Positions 53,064 to 64,000 of a DNA stretch of 64,000 nucleotides are shown piece by piece (position 1 is the stretch's first letter; the number at the start of each line of letters is the position of its first letter). Below the pieces are notes generated by a model. The model was not told the DNA's origin. It worked only from the letters and a program-made list of their open reading frames with translations, and ran no database searches. Origin of the DNA: Utricularia gibba (taxonomy: Eukaryota; Plantae; Magnoliophyta); NCBI GenBank assembly GCA_002189035.1, contig NEEC01000010.1:3100001-3164000 (forward strand), in the 5' to 3' direction. A program made the translations under genes and the position numbers.

Positions 53064-53205
53064 AAAAAAAGGATTTCCCGGTGAGTTGCTCCGATGGAGT
53101 GGGAGTGATTTGCTGCCTTCCAGAGGGGGCATATAAGAATGGAAAGCGGGGGCGGAAGGTTGGAGGAAGGTTCATGCACCTGCTGAAAAACTAATTACAT
53201 TATCG

Positions 53206-53227
53206 CCCCCCCCCCCCCCCCCCCCCC
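53206..53227. repeat. Poly-C(22) tract (poly-G on ERF sense strand)
   Basis: Read directly; run length may be inaccurate in the assembly. Confidence 0.9.
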
Positions 53228-53492
53228 AACACTCTCCAAATTCCTCCTTTCCCTGCCCCCACCTTTTCCCTAATTCCTAATTGACCCCTCTGCAACCCCT
53301 GAAAAAAAATAGATTTAAAACTTTCTAAAAAAATCTTTTAATTTAAATAAAAAAAGTGATTTTTATTATCGAATAGAAATTCATAAGCATTTCTTTTTTC
53401 TAAAGAAATTAGAAATTATCAAAAGGAATCCATTTTTATTTTATTAGAAAGATCATCAAGTGGGACCCATGAAATTGAAAGTGGGAGATGCG

Positions 53493-53512
53493 TGACGCAA
53501 TAGCTTACGCCA
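53493..53512. promoter_or_regulatory. as-1/ocs-like TGA-factor element upstream of the ERF
   Basis: TGACGCAATAGCTTACGCCA matches the ocs consensus TGACGYAAGSRMTKACGYMM at 18/20 positions with correct half-site spacing. Confidence 0.7.
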
Positions 53513-55153
53513 TGGATCCCTGAGCCCTTGACAAAAGAGCAACGAGGCATTTGGTGGTTGATGTGGGGATTCGTGAAGTTAGAATGATGCATGACCCCTT
53601 CACTTAATTAATATTTGAATTTCGATCCATTAATAGAACATATATTTTTTAATTTAAATTGATCGATATTTTTTTATTATATCAAAAAAATCATCATCCG
53701 TACTTCCGTTTTTGTAAAAAAAATGATTGTGCTTAACAGTAACATGTATTCGAACAAAAACAATCTCATATTAAGTTGATATGATTAATTATATAAATAT
53801 TATGAATTATCAGTAAATTAAAAAATTTCCGAATGCAATCTATATTTATTGTATATTTAAATTTTACGTTCTCATATATTTTTTTTGGTCCAAAAAAAGT
53901 TGGGAGAGAGTGGGAAGTGGTTTAGTTACTGGCGCAATAAGCGGAGGGTTGCGTAGCGGTAGCACCAACAAAGGCAGTGTGACAAATGGGAATGCTTGCG
54001 TGAGTGGGTCGTCGCGGTGGACCGCCTTCTCCGAAGCTTCCAATTCCAAATTCAAATTCAATTCACATGTGGGATTTCAAGACCCCATGTGCTTCAAATC
54101 CACTAAAATAATATCAATAATAATAAAGCAGTAGGAGTAGCACCGGCGGATCTTGCTTTCTTCTGGATAACAACTGAACCGAACCGAGCCGAACCATCCA
54201 TGACCTCACCCCTACCCTACTCAAACCCTACTAAATTTAAATCACCATATTCATAAATTCCCTACCACAAGATTGCATCGGTATTGGCTCCCCGATCCCG
54301 TCCGGTGTCTCGTCCGTTTGCATAAAAAACGCCACACCGTATTATCCTATTCACCGTAGAGGTTGTTTTATAGGATAGTATAGAAAATGTATACTTAAAA
54401 CGTATATCGTTGTTTAATTGATTAATATATATATATATATATATATTAATTTTATATGATTATATCACTCACATGCTTATTTTTTAAGTATATGAATAAC
54501 ATATACAAATGAAATAAGAAGCTAGTTATATGTATATCAATCATATATTCAAATTTATATTATTGAATATCAAATAGTATATATAATCGATTATAATTAT
54601 AATTATATATATATATAATTATATTATACTTAAATATATTAATACTTTGATCAAACTACCTCTTATTACAAACGTGATACGATTATAAGTAAGATCGAGC
54701 GTTGATGTCACTCGGTCCTCCAAATTCAAAATGATTGGAATCATCTACAAACCAATATACGGTTTCGATTCTAACCAAACTCAGAATTTTAATATTCTAT
54801 TTTTTAAAAAATAGAGATTTAAAAGCCATTTTTTAAAAATAAACATGTCTTTGAGAAATATCGCTTTCTGGAGGGGTATGTGTGCAAATGTAGGGTTGCA
54901 TCGTTTGGCCGTCGGCCATCAATATTTATTATATATTTTCCTTCTAATAAAATAGATTTAATTGCAGATGGATAGAGATAGACACAACAAGGATATTTTT
55001 TTCTTTTAATAAAAAAAAGTAATGTAATGTGACGTGGTGCAAGGGCAGAAGTATCCATTCCGAGTGGATCGGGGGCATGGCCGGCGGGGGCAGAATTGCT
55101 GCATTTTGAACCCGAAGACAGGATCGGTGCTGCTGCTGCTTCTGCTGCTGGGT

Positions 55154-56997
55154 TCATTCCAGGAGGAAGTGATCGATGAGATGTTGGATCACGTCGGCGC
55201 CTTCAAAGTGCATGAAGCTGTCCTGAACCTGAGAAGCAACAGCGCACACGGCGGGGGAATTGGGGTGTGTGCCAAGGAGAAAAGCAAACAATCTGTTTAT
55301 CTTCTGGAACCTGGATGAGGTTGTGGGCAGCGAATCTGAATCTGCATTTGTTGAAGCTCACATCTACCTTCTTCCACGACACACTCGACAGGGCCGCTAT
55401 CAGTTCCTCTGCCAAATCGCACCGCTCAAAGCAAGCACAGTTATGGTAGGTAGAGAAGGAAGCAAACCTTCCAGTTCGTCTGAGTCGGTATCCACCCTCG
55501 TGGGCTTGATTGTTTTCTCATCGTGCGCCTCGCAGAACTCTTGGTAGACAATGTGAGGATATTTTTCATCAATGGCATCCTCCCACTGCCGAAACCAGAA
55601 CTCATAATGAGGCAGGCATACATATATATATCATTGGGAGTAAGTGGTGACCTTAGGCAGTTCTGTTGTGTGCCTTATCGATGATGTACTCCACCCCACG
55701 ATATCTAAACAGACGTGAATGAGAGGCAATGCATCTGTGTCGATGTGCAGAGAAATGACAAGAAAAATAAGCAAGGATACGGTCGTAATCGACATTCGAA
55801 TATGCCACCCTATGCTTGAAAGATCTTAAAGCAGACCTGATAAAATGTTAGGAAGGGAATAGCTTGAACTGGTGCATATTGGTAGTCCAATATGAAGGTA
55901 GTATGGATAAAAGATGCTTACATGAAAGGGTATTCTGCATCATCCTCAACCATACGCCTGAGCAGTGGAAGCTTTTCATCTTCTTCATCTCTGAGGAAAA
56001 GGTGGATACCTGTTCTTCTGAACATATAATGAACTACCGCACCAACAGCTTTCTCTAAAGCCGTAACTCCGAAAAGAAATGGTATCTGGGGATGAGGAAA
56101 TAAACAGCGCATTTGATCAATATCAATCCAGAGAGAACCATGGCCAATCACTTGGAGAATATACAGGGAGAGAAGCTTCTGACTTGCTTATTTCCCCTGG
56201 AACCAAGATGAGGAGTAGCTACTGTTACAAAGTTGATTGGCTTGAGCCCAGCTATTGTCCCCTTTGATTCTCCATAACTTGGTGATCTATAGAGTTTTCC
56301 AATCGCATATCTTGACATGAGTCCTCCCAGAGAGTGTGCAACGAAAGAAATCTTCTTCAACTGAGGGTTCCTTTTGGTAGCTTCAAGGACCTACCACAAG
56401 GAACAAGGGTTCATGATATCATGGGAAACTCCAGCAATACAATAAGGAATGACAGCAAAAACACGACCTCCTCTGCGAGTCTCTCGCCCATTACATCAAT
56501 ACCATCTAGTGACAGCAATGAAGTATTCTTTTCACTACCTGGAAAGGTAACAGATGATTCACTAGCAGTACAGAAACTCAGACTTCTTGTTCAATGTAGC
56601 ATATGTCTCAGGATAACTTACAGTGAACGATGACTTCATTTGGGAATCTCTGGACAAATTGCTCTGCGCCATACTTCCAATCCGAAGGACTGCAAAAGGA
56701 AAAGAATCGCCAGTGGTTGAACCCAGAAACTAGATTAAAGATTTGAAAATAGGAAATGCAGCGACAACACAGCCGTAACAGAACAACAGGCAAAATTGCG
56801 ACAGACCCTCGCGGAAAACAAAAAACCCAGATCAAGTAACCATAATATGACCACCTTCCGAAAATCCCGTGCACCATCACAACGAGATGATCAGCGAAGG
56901 ACCCGTCGCGGTGATCACAGCTGTACACATCCTGGGCGCCATCGGTCGTCTCTGTGGAGCATACGGCTCCTCTTTCAGTAGCCTCCGCGTTACCCAT
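55154..56997 (-). CDS. DUF676/ROG1-like putative lipase (alpha/beta hydrolase)
   Basis: DHLVVMVHGI; KISFVAHSLGGL..RYAIG; NFVTVATPHLGSRGNKQ; MFRRTGIHLFL; AYSNVDYDHIVGWSTSSIR; FAAHNLIQV; EGADVIQHLIDHF. Confidence 0.92.
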
Positions 56998-57454
56998 TTC
57001 GTTTTTCTCCTTCTTTCTCCGCAGGGATCAAGAAAGGCTCCTCATATCAAGGAACCCAGAATAGGCGAGGAGGGTATCCAGATCGGTGACGGATTACAGG
57101 TGACGTTTTGTCCTGATCTGGAAACGGTAAAATGGAGGGAATCATTTGGGCAACCGCTTTTCTCTTACGAAGTAAGAAACCGGATGTCCAGTCAAGGTGG
57201 CGGTTACCATTCAAGACAGCAGAGGCGGATAATATATCCAGACGCATGCTTCGCTGTATGATTCCGTACCATCAAAGCCGTGACCTTGCCACATATTACA
57301 CGCGTCCGTTGGAAGCCATGACCGCGCCATCAAGATGCGCAGAGAAGAGGGATCGATCCAATCAAATACAGGAGAAAGGTCATCAAGACTTGATTTTTAT
57401 ATTATATCAATACTAATAAAACAAGGATGATTCAAGTCTACAAACTTTTTAATG

Positions 57455-58715
57455 TCAAAACATGGCATTAGCCACTTCAGATATGTCAGCAGCCACCTGG
57501 TCGTGATCTCCCTTCAACTTCTGTTCTTCTTCCTGGCTAAGTTCCCCCTTGGTTGGTTTTGTCAGAACGAGGACACAGCATGTTGGTCTCTTTGTCATTC
57601 CAGCGTTGGCAAGGTCCTGGTAAGATGGGAGGAGCATAAGAATGAGAAAAAAGCTCAAGCATATAGGAATAAGAGCACCCACATTACAAAATATCAGATA
57701 GCAGACATCATGATGAAAACAAGTGCAGATAGTGGGTCAACTCAGATGCATATGGAGCTCGATGGCGCATGATTGAACTTAACTATCCCACTTTCACAAG
57801 CAATTGATGGATCAACCGAAATGTATACCATGATAAACATTTAAACTTAAGCTAGGTGCCCTCCGTTCGTACAAACTGCTTCCATATGAGCATGATTACA
57901 GTCCTCCCTCAACACACTCAGCTCTCATTACTTTCAATCTATATAATAACACTTCCAAATTCCTTCAGGTGGGGATTGGAAAAGAAAGGGAATAGAGTCT
58001 TACTTCTTTCGATGGAACATAGATGTAGGGGATCTTCGCGTCTTCACATAAAATTGGAATATGGGTGATGACATCAATCGGTGAAACATTCCCCGCAATG
58101 ACACAAATGCTGCAACCATTATCATGACAACAAAGCTCAGGTTCAATAAGCTAATTTGTTTTAGAGAAAATCATCAAAATTACACAAAGATTAGCTAATG
58201 ATTATTGATAGGGCCCTTCCGCAACAAAACAACTTGTTCGCCAACTTAACAAACGCCAAAAGGGAAAAACAGAAAACAGTCAATAAATTATTCAAATTCT
58301 CCCAGAAAATTGGAGTTCAAATTTCCACTTTAATACCAAATGGGAATGAGCAGCTGCTCGGTTCGATAAATAACGATCCCAAATGAGAGAACTTTAAAAA
58401 TGGGGGGAAAAAGTCTAACCCTTTATTTCCCCTGCGAATACTTTTGACGACCTCCTTAACGCCTCTCCTCAAACACTTGTTCTCCGCAGCTGGAAACAAT
58501 TAAACACGACATTGGTCAACTTTAACCTACTTTGAAGAAAATCAAACCAAAAACAAGAACCAAAGAATCGCCATGAAACCTCGACGAACGAGTTTAAACG
58601 TGCGCTTGCAAAGCTTTTTTCCAGCCAAAGGTTTGGCTATTGGGGCGAGGGCTAACGACTTCTTCTTCTCCCTCTCCTTCTGCGCCGTCTTCTCTGCCTC
58701 ACTGTCACTTCCCAT
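57455..58715 (-). CDS. NHP2: H/ACA snoRNP subunit 2 (L7Ae family)
   Basis: LAPIAKPLAGKKLCKRTFKLVRRA; LRRGVKEVVKSIRRG; CVIAGNVSPIDVITHIPILCE; DLANAGMTKRPTCCVLV. Telo-box at 58793-58801. Confidence 0.94.
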
Positions 58716-59129
58716 GCTCCTTACCTATCACCAAACCCAAGAGACGGCAGGCGGAGGACCCTCCAACGGATTTCAGAATGTCGGCCAATAAGTTAGGGTT
58801 TAAAACGATCGAATTCGAGTGGTGGAATTGGGGCTGGGTCGGATGCACGATCGAACTACTCGCCCCAAGATAGGTTGCTTTTTCCATTTATTTTTAGAAT
58901 TAGATCTAAAAATAATTATCTAAATATAACACTTTCCATTTTCATAATTTTTTAGATTTTTTTATAAATATTATTAAATAAAATATTTTAAAAATGATTG
59001 GACTCAGATACATTAATATTTATGTTTTTTCAAGGTTGAAACATAAATAAATAAATCCCAAATTTATTATTCATCATATTTGAGATTCCATGTCCAACTC
59101 TGGACTTGGGACGACGTCGTCTTGTGCGC

Positions 59130-59348
59130 CTAGGTGTCACCGGACGTCCGGCACTTCATGCTGGGTTCACAGGGACGGGTGTACCTGTTGACCGGCACCG
59201 GCGGCGAGCCGCGGCCGTAACGACCACCGGGAGTGGGATCGCCCCTTCTGATGGGTTCGTAGTGGATGTACTTGCTCTCCACCGCCGCCGAGGCCACGAG
59301 CAGCAGCACCAGCATCACGATGAAGCTCAGCCCCCAGACTCTCGCCAT
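59130..59348 (-). CDS. Secreted RALF-like peptide, atypical (two Cys, no S1P propeptide)
   Basis: Signal peptide MARVWGLSFIVMLVLLLVASAAVES; mature KYIHYEPIRRGD...PVNRYTRPCEPSMKCR. TATAAAT at 59404-59398, about 50 bp upstream of the ATG. Confidence 0.78.
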   Translation of the reverse strand: MARVWGLSFIVMLVLLLVASAAVESKYIHYEPIRRGDPTPGGRYGRGSPPVPVNRYTRPCEPSMKCRTSGDT

Positions 59349-60020
59349 CCCGGAAAACGTTGGATTTGTGTTCCGATGGGTCGCAGGCGGCGAGGCAATT
59401 TATAGCCATCAAGTCCCATGCGATTGGGTGTCAACCCGGACTCCTCTCTCCTCCCTTGTATTTACTGTAAGTTGCGATCGGAGATCCCCCGCCTCAAGCT
59501 GAAATAAATACTTCGCGGGCGTAATTTATTTAAACTTACAAAGTAAATATGAAGGGTATATTGTGTGATGTGAAGTTGTATTTAAGATTATATGAATATA
59601 GTCAATTTGAGATGGTTAAATTGTTCTGTAATATAAATTATAATATAAAACTATACTATAAGATTTAATAAAATAAAAAATATTATATTATTATGTAATT
59701 TAATATAGTAACATAAATGTATTTTAAAAATCGATAAAAAAGAATAATATAATCTTTCTAATAATGTATAATTTAATCTATGAAACTAAGATTCAAAAAA
59801 TTTAATAATTTTTAAAGTTAATCACAAAATTTAAATTTTTAATTTTTTTTAATTTGAAAGAAAAAAGGTTAATTTTTGGGTTAACATGATTTAAATTGGT
59901 GATGAAAAAGGACTGCCTTTTATAAGCCGTGGCGGTGCTACTCCTAACCCTAAAAATCACGATCCGACCCAAATTTGGAGAGAGTTCCTCTTCTGCGGAT
60001 TGATTTTGCCGCGGCAATCG

Positions 60021-62408
60021 ATGGATACTCTTCAATCGAACTACACGGATTCCCCATCGCAGGTGCCGACCGAGCATCTCTCCAATCATCAGACTGATCC
60101 CTTTCGTCAATTGCAGGCTGAGATTGAAGCCGAGGGGAGAACCCTGGATTCGACAGATCACGTCACGGGGAACGGAGGTACCGCCGCAGGGGATGCTGAT
60201 CCGTTTCCGGAAAACGTTAATCGGAAGACGTTACTGTCTGAAAATGGTTTGACCAACACGCACAGTGCTACTGATAAGGATGCTTCGGGTGGCGAGGAGG
60301 AAACAAGCAGCAGGAGACGGCGTCGTTCTAGGTGGGACCCCCCTCCGTCTCAGCAAATTGAAGATGGAGGCGCGACGAGCGGCGGGACTGGTGAGGGGAA
60401 TTCTGGGACTGGAGGGAGAAAACGGAAGTCGAGGTGGGCGGACGATGAGCCTAAGCCGGTGGTTCAGTTGCCAGATTTTATGAAGGATTTTGCGGGAGGT
60501 ATTGAGTTTGATCCCGAGATTCAAGCTTTGAATAGTAGGTTACTAGAAATCAGTCGGAAACTGCAGTCGGGGTTGCCGTTGGATGATCGGCCAGAGGGTG
60601 CCAGGTCCCCTTCGCCGGAGCCCGTTTATGATAACTTCGGCGTTCGGATTAATACTAGGGAATTTCGTGCCAGGGAAAAATTGAATAGGGAGAGGCAAGA
60701 AATTATATCGCTTATAATCAAGAAAAATCCTGCTTTTAAGCCCCCAGCGGATTATAGACCACCGAAGCTTCAAAAGAAATTGTACATTCCAATGAAGGAA
60801 TATCCAGGCTATAACTTTATTGGATTAATTATTGGCCCTAGAGGAAACACTCAAAAGCGAATGGAGAGGGAGACGGGAGCGAAAATTGTTATTCGAGGTA
60901 AAGGGTCTGTAAAAGAAGGTAGGTTACAGCAGAAAAGGGATTTGAAGCATGATCTTGCTGAGAACGAGGATCTGCATGTATTGGTTGAAGCAGACACCGA
61001 TGAGGCTCTTGAGGCTGCAGCTGGAATGGTCGAAAAGCTCCTGCAGCCTGTTGATGAGGTTCTCAATGAGCATAAGAGGCAACAACTTAGGGAGCTTGCA
61101 GCTTTGAATGGTACCATTAGGGATGAAGAGTTTTGCAGGTTGTGCGGTGAGCCTGGGCATCGGCAGTATGCATGCCCTTCTCGATTAACTACTTTTAAGA
61201 GTGATGTTTTATGTAAGATATGTGGTGATGGAGGGCACCCTACGATTGATTGCCCTGTGAAGAATACCACTGGAAAGAAAATGGATGATGAGTATCAAAA
61301 TTTCCTTGCTGAACTTGGAGGCTCGGTTCCCAGCTCTTCAAATGAGCAGAGATCCTCAACTCTTGCTCTTGGAGGTTCAGCAACTGCCCCTTGGTCTGGC
61401 GGTACCAACCCATCCAGTGCCACTCAAGCTGGCTTAGGGGTAAACCCCGTCAAGCCTCAAGAATATGACGAAACAAATTTGTATATTGGATACTTGCCAC
61501 CTAATCTTGATGATGATGGTTTAATCGGCTTATTTGCTCCTTTTGGTGATATTGTGATGGCAAAGGTTATCAAGGACCGTGCTACTGGGTTGAGTAAAGG
61601 TTATGGATTTGTTAAGTATTCTGATGTTCAGCAGGCTAATAATGCAATAGCGAGCATGAATGGTCACAAACTTGAAGGGAGAACAATTGCTGTAAGGGTA
61701 GCAGGGAAACCTCCACAGCCTCCTGCCCCTCCGGTACCTTCTGTGCCTCCAACTGCGCCTCTGCCACCTTATCCAATTCCAAATCAGTCTTTCAGTGCTT
61801 ACCCCCCACAGCAGCATAATGCTGGTGGTTTGATGGTGAGTGCACCATCTCCAGGCGGTTATGTTGGTGCTCCAGTTCCTTGGGCAACACCTTTGCTACC
61901 TCCCTCATATGCTTCTTATCCTCCTCCCCCTCCTCCTCCTGGATCTGAATCATACACATCAGTTCCTGGTCAGGCAGTTTCTCAGCCTGGAGTACAATAC
62001 CCAAGTATTCCGCTACCCCCAGGTGCATCTAGTGTTCCCGTGCATAATATTTCTTCCACTGAAGCACCCCAAAGTTATGCATCCTCTGGAGAGGCACCAA
62101 AAATGTACTCATCTGAAGTCCACTCTTTGAATGGTCCACCTGTTACAGCATATGGTTACACTAGCTCTGCTGCCCCCATGCCACCAGGTGCTCACTTTTC
62201 ATATCCTACAGCTGCGTATGGATATTCACCTTATTATGCTGCTGTTCCTCCCCCTCCGCCTCCTGCACAGCAGCTGGACCCATCACAGTGCTTGAGTAAT
62301 GTTCCTTGGGCCTCAAGTCAACCAGTTCCTCCCACATCGTCGTCCACTGAGAAAAGAAGCTATGGAGCAGACTCTGAGTATGAGAAGTTCATGTCAGAAA
62401 CAAAATAA
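60021..62408 (+). CDS. SF1: Splicing factor 1 / branchpoint-bridging protein (intronless CDS)
   Basis: RRRSRWD and RKRKSRW motifs; [10 protein letters not shown]; KH-QUA2 ([19 protein letters not shown]); two CCHC knuckles; plant-type RRM (NLYIGYLP...KGYGFVKY); Pro-rich tail. AACCCTAA at 59946-59953. Confidence 0.97.
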   Translation: MDTLQSNYTDSPSQVPTEHLSNHQTDPFRQLQAEIEAEGRTLDSTDHVTGNGGTAAGDADPFPENVNRKTLLSENGLTNTHSATDKDASGGEEETSSRRRRRSRWDPPPSQQIEDGGATSGGTGEGNSGTGGRKRKSRWADDEPKPVVQLPDFMKDFAGGIEFDPEIQALNSRLLEISRKLQSGLPLDDRPEGARSPSPEPVYDNFGVRINTREFRAREKLNRERQEIISLIIKKNPAFKPPADYRPPKLQKKLYIPMKEYPGYNFIGLIIGPRGNTQKRMERETGAKIVIRGKGSVKEGRLQQKRDLKHDLAENEDLHVLVEADTDEALEAAAGMVEKLLQPVDEVLNEHKRQQLRELAALNGTIRDEEFCRLCGEPGHRQYACPSRLTTFKSDVLCKICGDGGHPTIDCPVKNTTGKKMDDEYQNFLAELGGSVPSSSNEQRSSTLALGGSATAPWSGGTNPSSATQAGLGVNPVKPQEYDETNLYIGYLPPNLDDDGLIGLFAPFGDIVMAKVIKDRATGLSKGYGFVKYSDVQQANNAIASMNGHKLEGRTIAVRVAGKPPQPPAPPVPSVPPTAPLPPYPIPNQSFSAYPPQQHNAGGLMVSAPSPGGYVGAPVPWATPLLPPSYASYPPPPPPPGSESYTSVPGQAVSQPGVQYPSIPLPPGASSVPVHNISSTEAPQSYASSGEAPKMYSSEVHSLNGPPVTAYGYTSSAAPMPPGAHFSYPTAAYGYSPYYAAVPPPPPPAQQLDPSQCLSNVPWASSQPVPPTSSSTEKRSYGADSEYEKFMSETK

Positions 62409-63430
62409 CATTTATTCAGACTGCTGCTTGTTATGAGGTAAGGACGACATTCCACCAGGATCAATGGCATGATTGATCTGGCAGTAATATTCCTTGGATA
62501 CCCACTTACATGTTTTAGTCTCGCCATCTTTGAAATCACATGCTCATTCAAATAAGTACATCTAGATTACGCTGATTGTACACTCACTTCTTTTCTATTA
62601 TGTAATATCTCTACAGGATATCTGATGGGGCAGTGTCTTCCTGATATCTGATCTCTTCCTATGATTTACTTCTTCGACGATTTGGACTCACATAACCTTG
62701 CTGTACTGTTACATTTGCAGAAAGTTGCTCTCAAGTTGGCTCCTTTGACAGTCTGCTGTATCATCCTTTCAAAAGATAAACTAATGGCTGTTTTGTAGGG
62801 TTCTTTATCAACGCTCATATCTGCTTTGGGTTGTCATGTTTTTGAACTCAAGTGCTTTTTTTTTGTGTTTCGCCTCTCTCTACCTGCTTTCTCACCTCTT
62901 TCGTAGTCCTAACCTTATTTTGGACTTGTCTTCTTTGCTAAGACGTGGATGCATCATCTTTGTCGACGGTGAGTTCAACAAACACAGTTACTTTTTCAGC
63001 GCTAATGATTTTGGACTTTGATTCTACCCAGTTCCCGTTCTCCTAGTTCATGCATGTCAGTCGCCAAGTTATGAGATTCGACATCCACAATGCATCGGCG
63101 GACCACATTGATCCCCTTGTCTAGGAAGTGAAAAGGGGTCGCAGGTTTTGATTCCATCTTATGATACTTTGTGTTGCTAACTGAGGATAATAACCCAGGG
63201 GGTGCTTGTGTGTTGCTTCTCCTTAACCTGAATCACGATATGCTCGAGCTTTTGAGGATCAAAGTTTTCTTCGAATGTGATGATTGAATTTGAATGGTTC
63301 CTGGAGACAGTGAGACCAAAATAGCATGTAAATATGAAGGAAAATGGGGTTCCTAGCAGGGCGTCGCAACATGAGATGTTTTCTGTAACACTGAAGGCAG
63401 GCATCAGTTAGGCGCTACGGCTCTCCCCGT

Positions 63431-64000
63431 CTACAATGGCTGCATCTCTAGACGTACATGCGATCCGCCATTTGCAGAGGTAGACGGCAACTCCTGTCGT
63501 TCACCATCTGCAGTCATCTCCTGATGGGGGGTGGGTTCACGACGGTCATCGGAAATGCACCATCGTCGGTGAGCCGAGCCTTCATCTCCCGGTGCTCCTG
63601 GCACAAGGCACACCAGTGCAAGCAACAGTGCACCATGCAGGGGTCACACGGCGAGTTCTGCATCGTAATAAACACATGGGAAATTGGAAACTAGCAGCAG
63701 GAAAGGCAGTGCTGGATGCAACTTCCAGAAACACGGCACCTGGAGATGGTACTTTTTCTGCAGCGTCTGCCGGGAGAGGCCGGTGTAGATGCCACACATC
63801 CACCAACTGAAGAGCAAGCCTTCAACTATGAGGAAGGTCGTCCTCGGTTCGATTACGCCGTGCAGAGCGGCGGCGGCGGCAGCCAACGCCAATCCGCCCT
63901 CCACAAAGATGGCATGACAGATACATGGACCGGTCCATGGGGTGTCGTCCCTCAGTTGCTCGAAGTTGCGTCCGAAGAGAATGCACGGGCAAAACAGCCC
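63431..64000 (-). CDS. PLAC8/cell number regulator 6-like protein, 3' part only; apparent frameshift at 63526-63531
   Basis: [12 protein letters not shown]; [19 protein letters not shown]; [26 protein letters not shown]; stop TAG at 63431-63433. Confidence 0.9.

Noticed and set aside
52480-53175. Programmed ribosomal frameshift or true pseudogene status for the ERF (and CID, TMEM87, MES, RNFT, CNR6)
   Set aside because: All breaks are short homopolymers fixed by 1-2 extra bases with no other decay; sequencing error is the simpler explanation until reads are checked.
53910-54134. 74-aa Gly/Ser-rich ORF
   Set aside because: Non-ATG start in the ORF track and no domain; treated as non-coding.
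54421-54450. Perfect palindrome/hairpin
   Set aside because: A trivial consequence of an (AT)n microsatellite.
54176-54775. MITE bounded by AACCG/CGGTT-type repeats
   Set aside because: Only short GAACC repeats on the left and one weak CGGTTTCG on the right; no clear TIR pair or TSD.
60231-62130. Several 60-140 aa ORFs overlapping SF1 (and similar ones overlapping BDR at 11086-12039)
   Set aside because: Off-frame or antisense shadows of long real CDSs; no independent motifs.

Overview
Eukaryotic (flowering plant, eudicot, probably asterid) nuclear DNA from an unusually compact genome. I can support 24 intron-containing or single-exon host genes in 64 kb (about 1 per 2.7 kb, introns mostly 70-150 bp), plus a decayed MuDR/Mutator transposase with a 115-bp tandem repeat at the left end and a decayed LRR-III receptor-kinase pseudogene. 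Genes in order: ATL RING-H2, Mpv17/PMP22, RPL11, CID5/6-like, BORDER-like TFIIS-M/SPOC, TM-RING-H2, 2Fe-2S ferredoxin-like, cytochrome b5-like steroid-binding protein, ERH, Arc1/AIMP1-like tRNA-binding protein, TMEM87-like, methylesterase, RNFT-like, RFT1, WD40-like, TOC34, SRS2, EMF2, group IXa ERF, DUF676 hydrolase, NHP2, atypical RALF-like peptide, SF1, partial CNR6/PLAC8. I did not find a clearly new multi-gene system; this is mostly ordinary conserved euchromatin. The best second-look items are the two-cysteine RALF-like peptide, the deletion-eroded RLK pseudogene, a natural (TGTCTC)5 AuxRE array, an 18/20 as-1 element upstream of the ERF, U12-type and GC-AG introns, and putative 3'UTR introns in SF1. 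Important caveat: at least 8 frameshifts in 6 genes all sit on short homopolymer runs and look like consensus/sequencing errors, not biology. Gene coordinates were spliced by eye; homolog and Arabidopsis locus names are from memory, not from a search.
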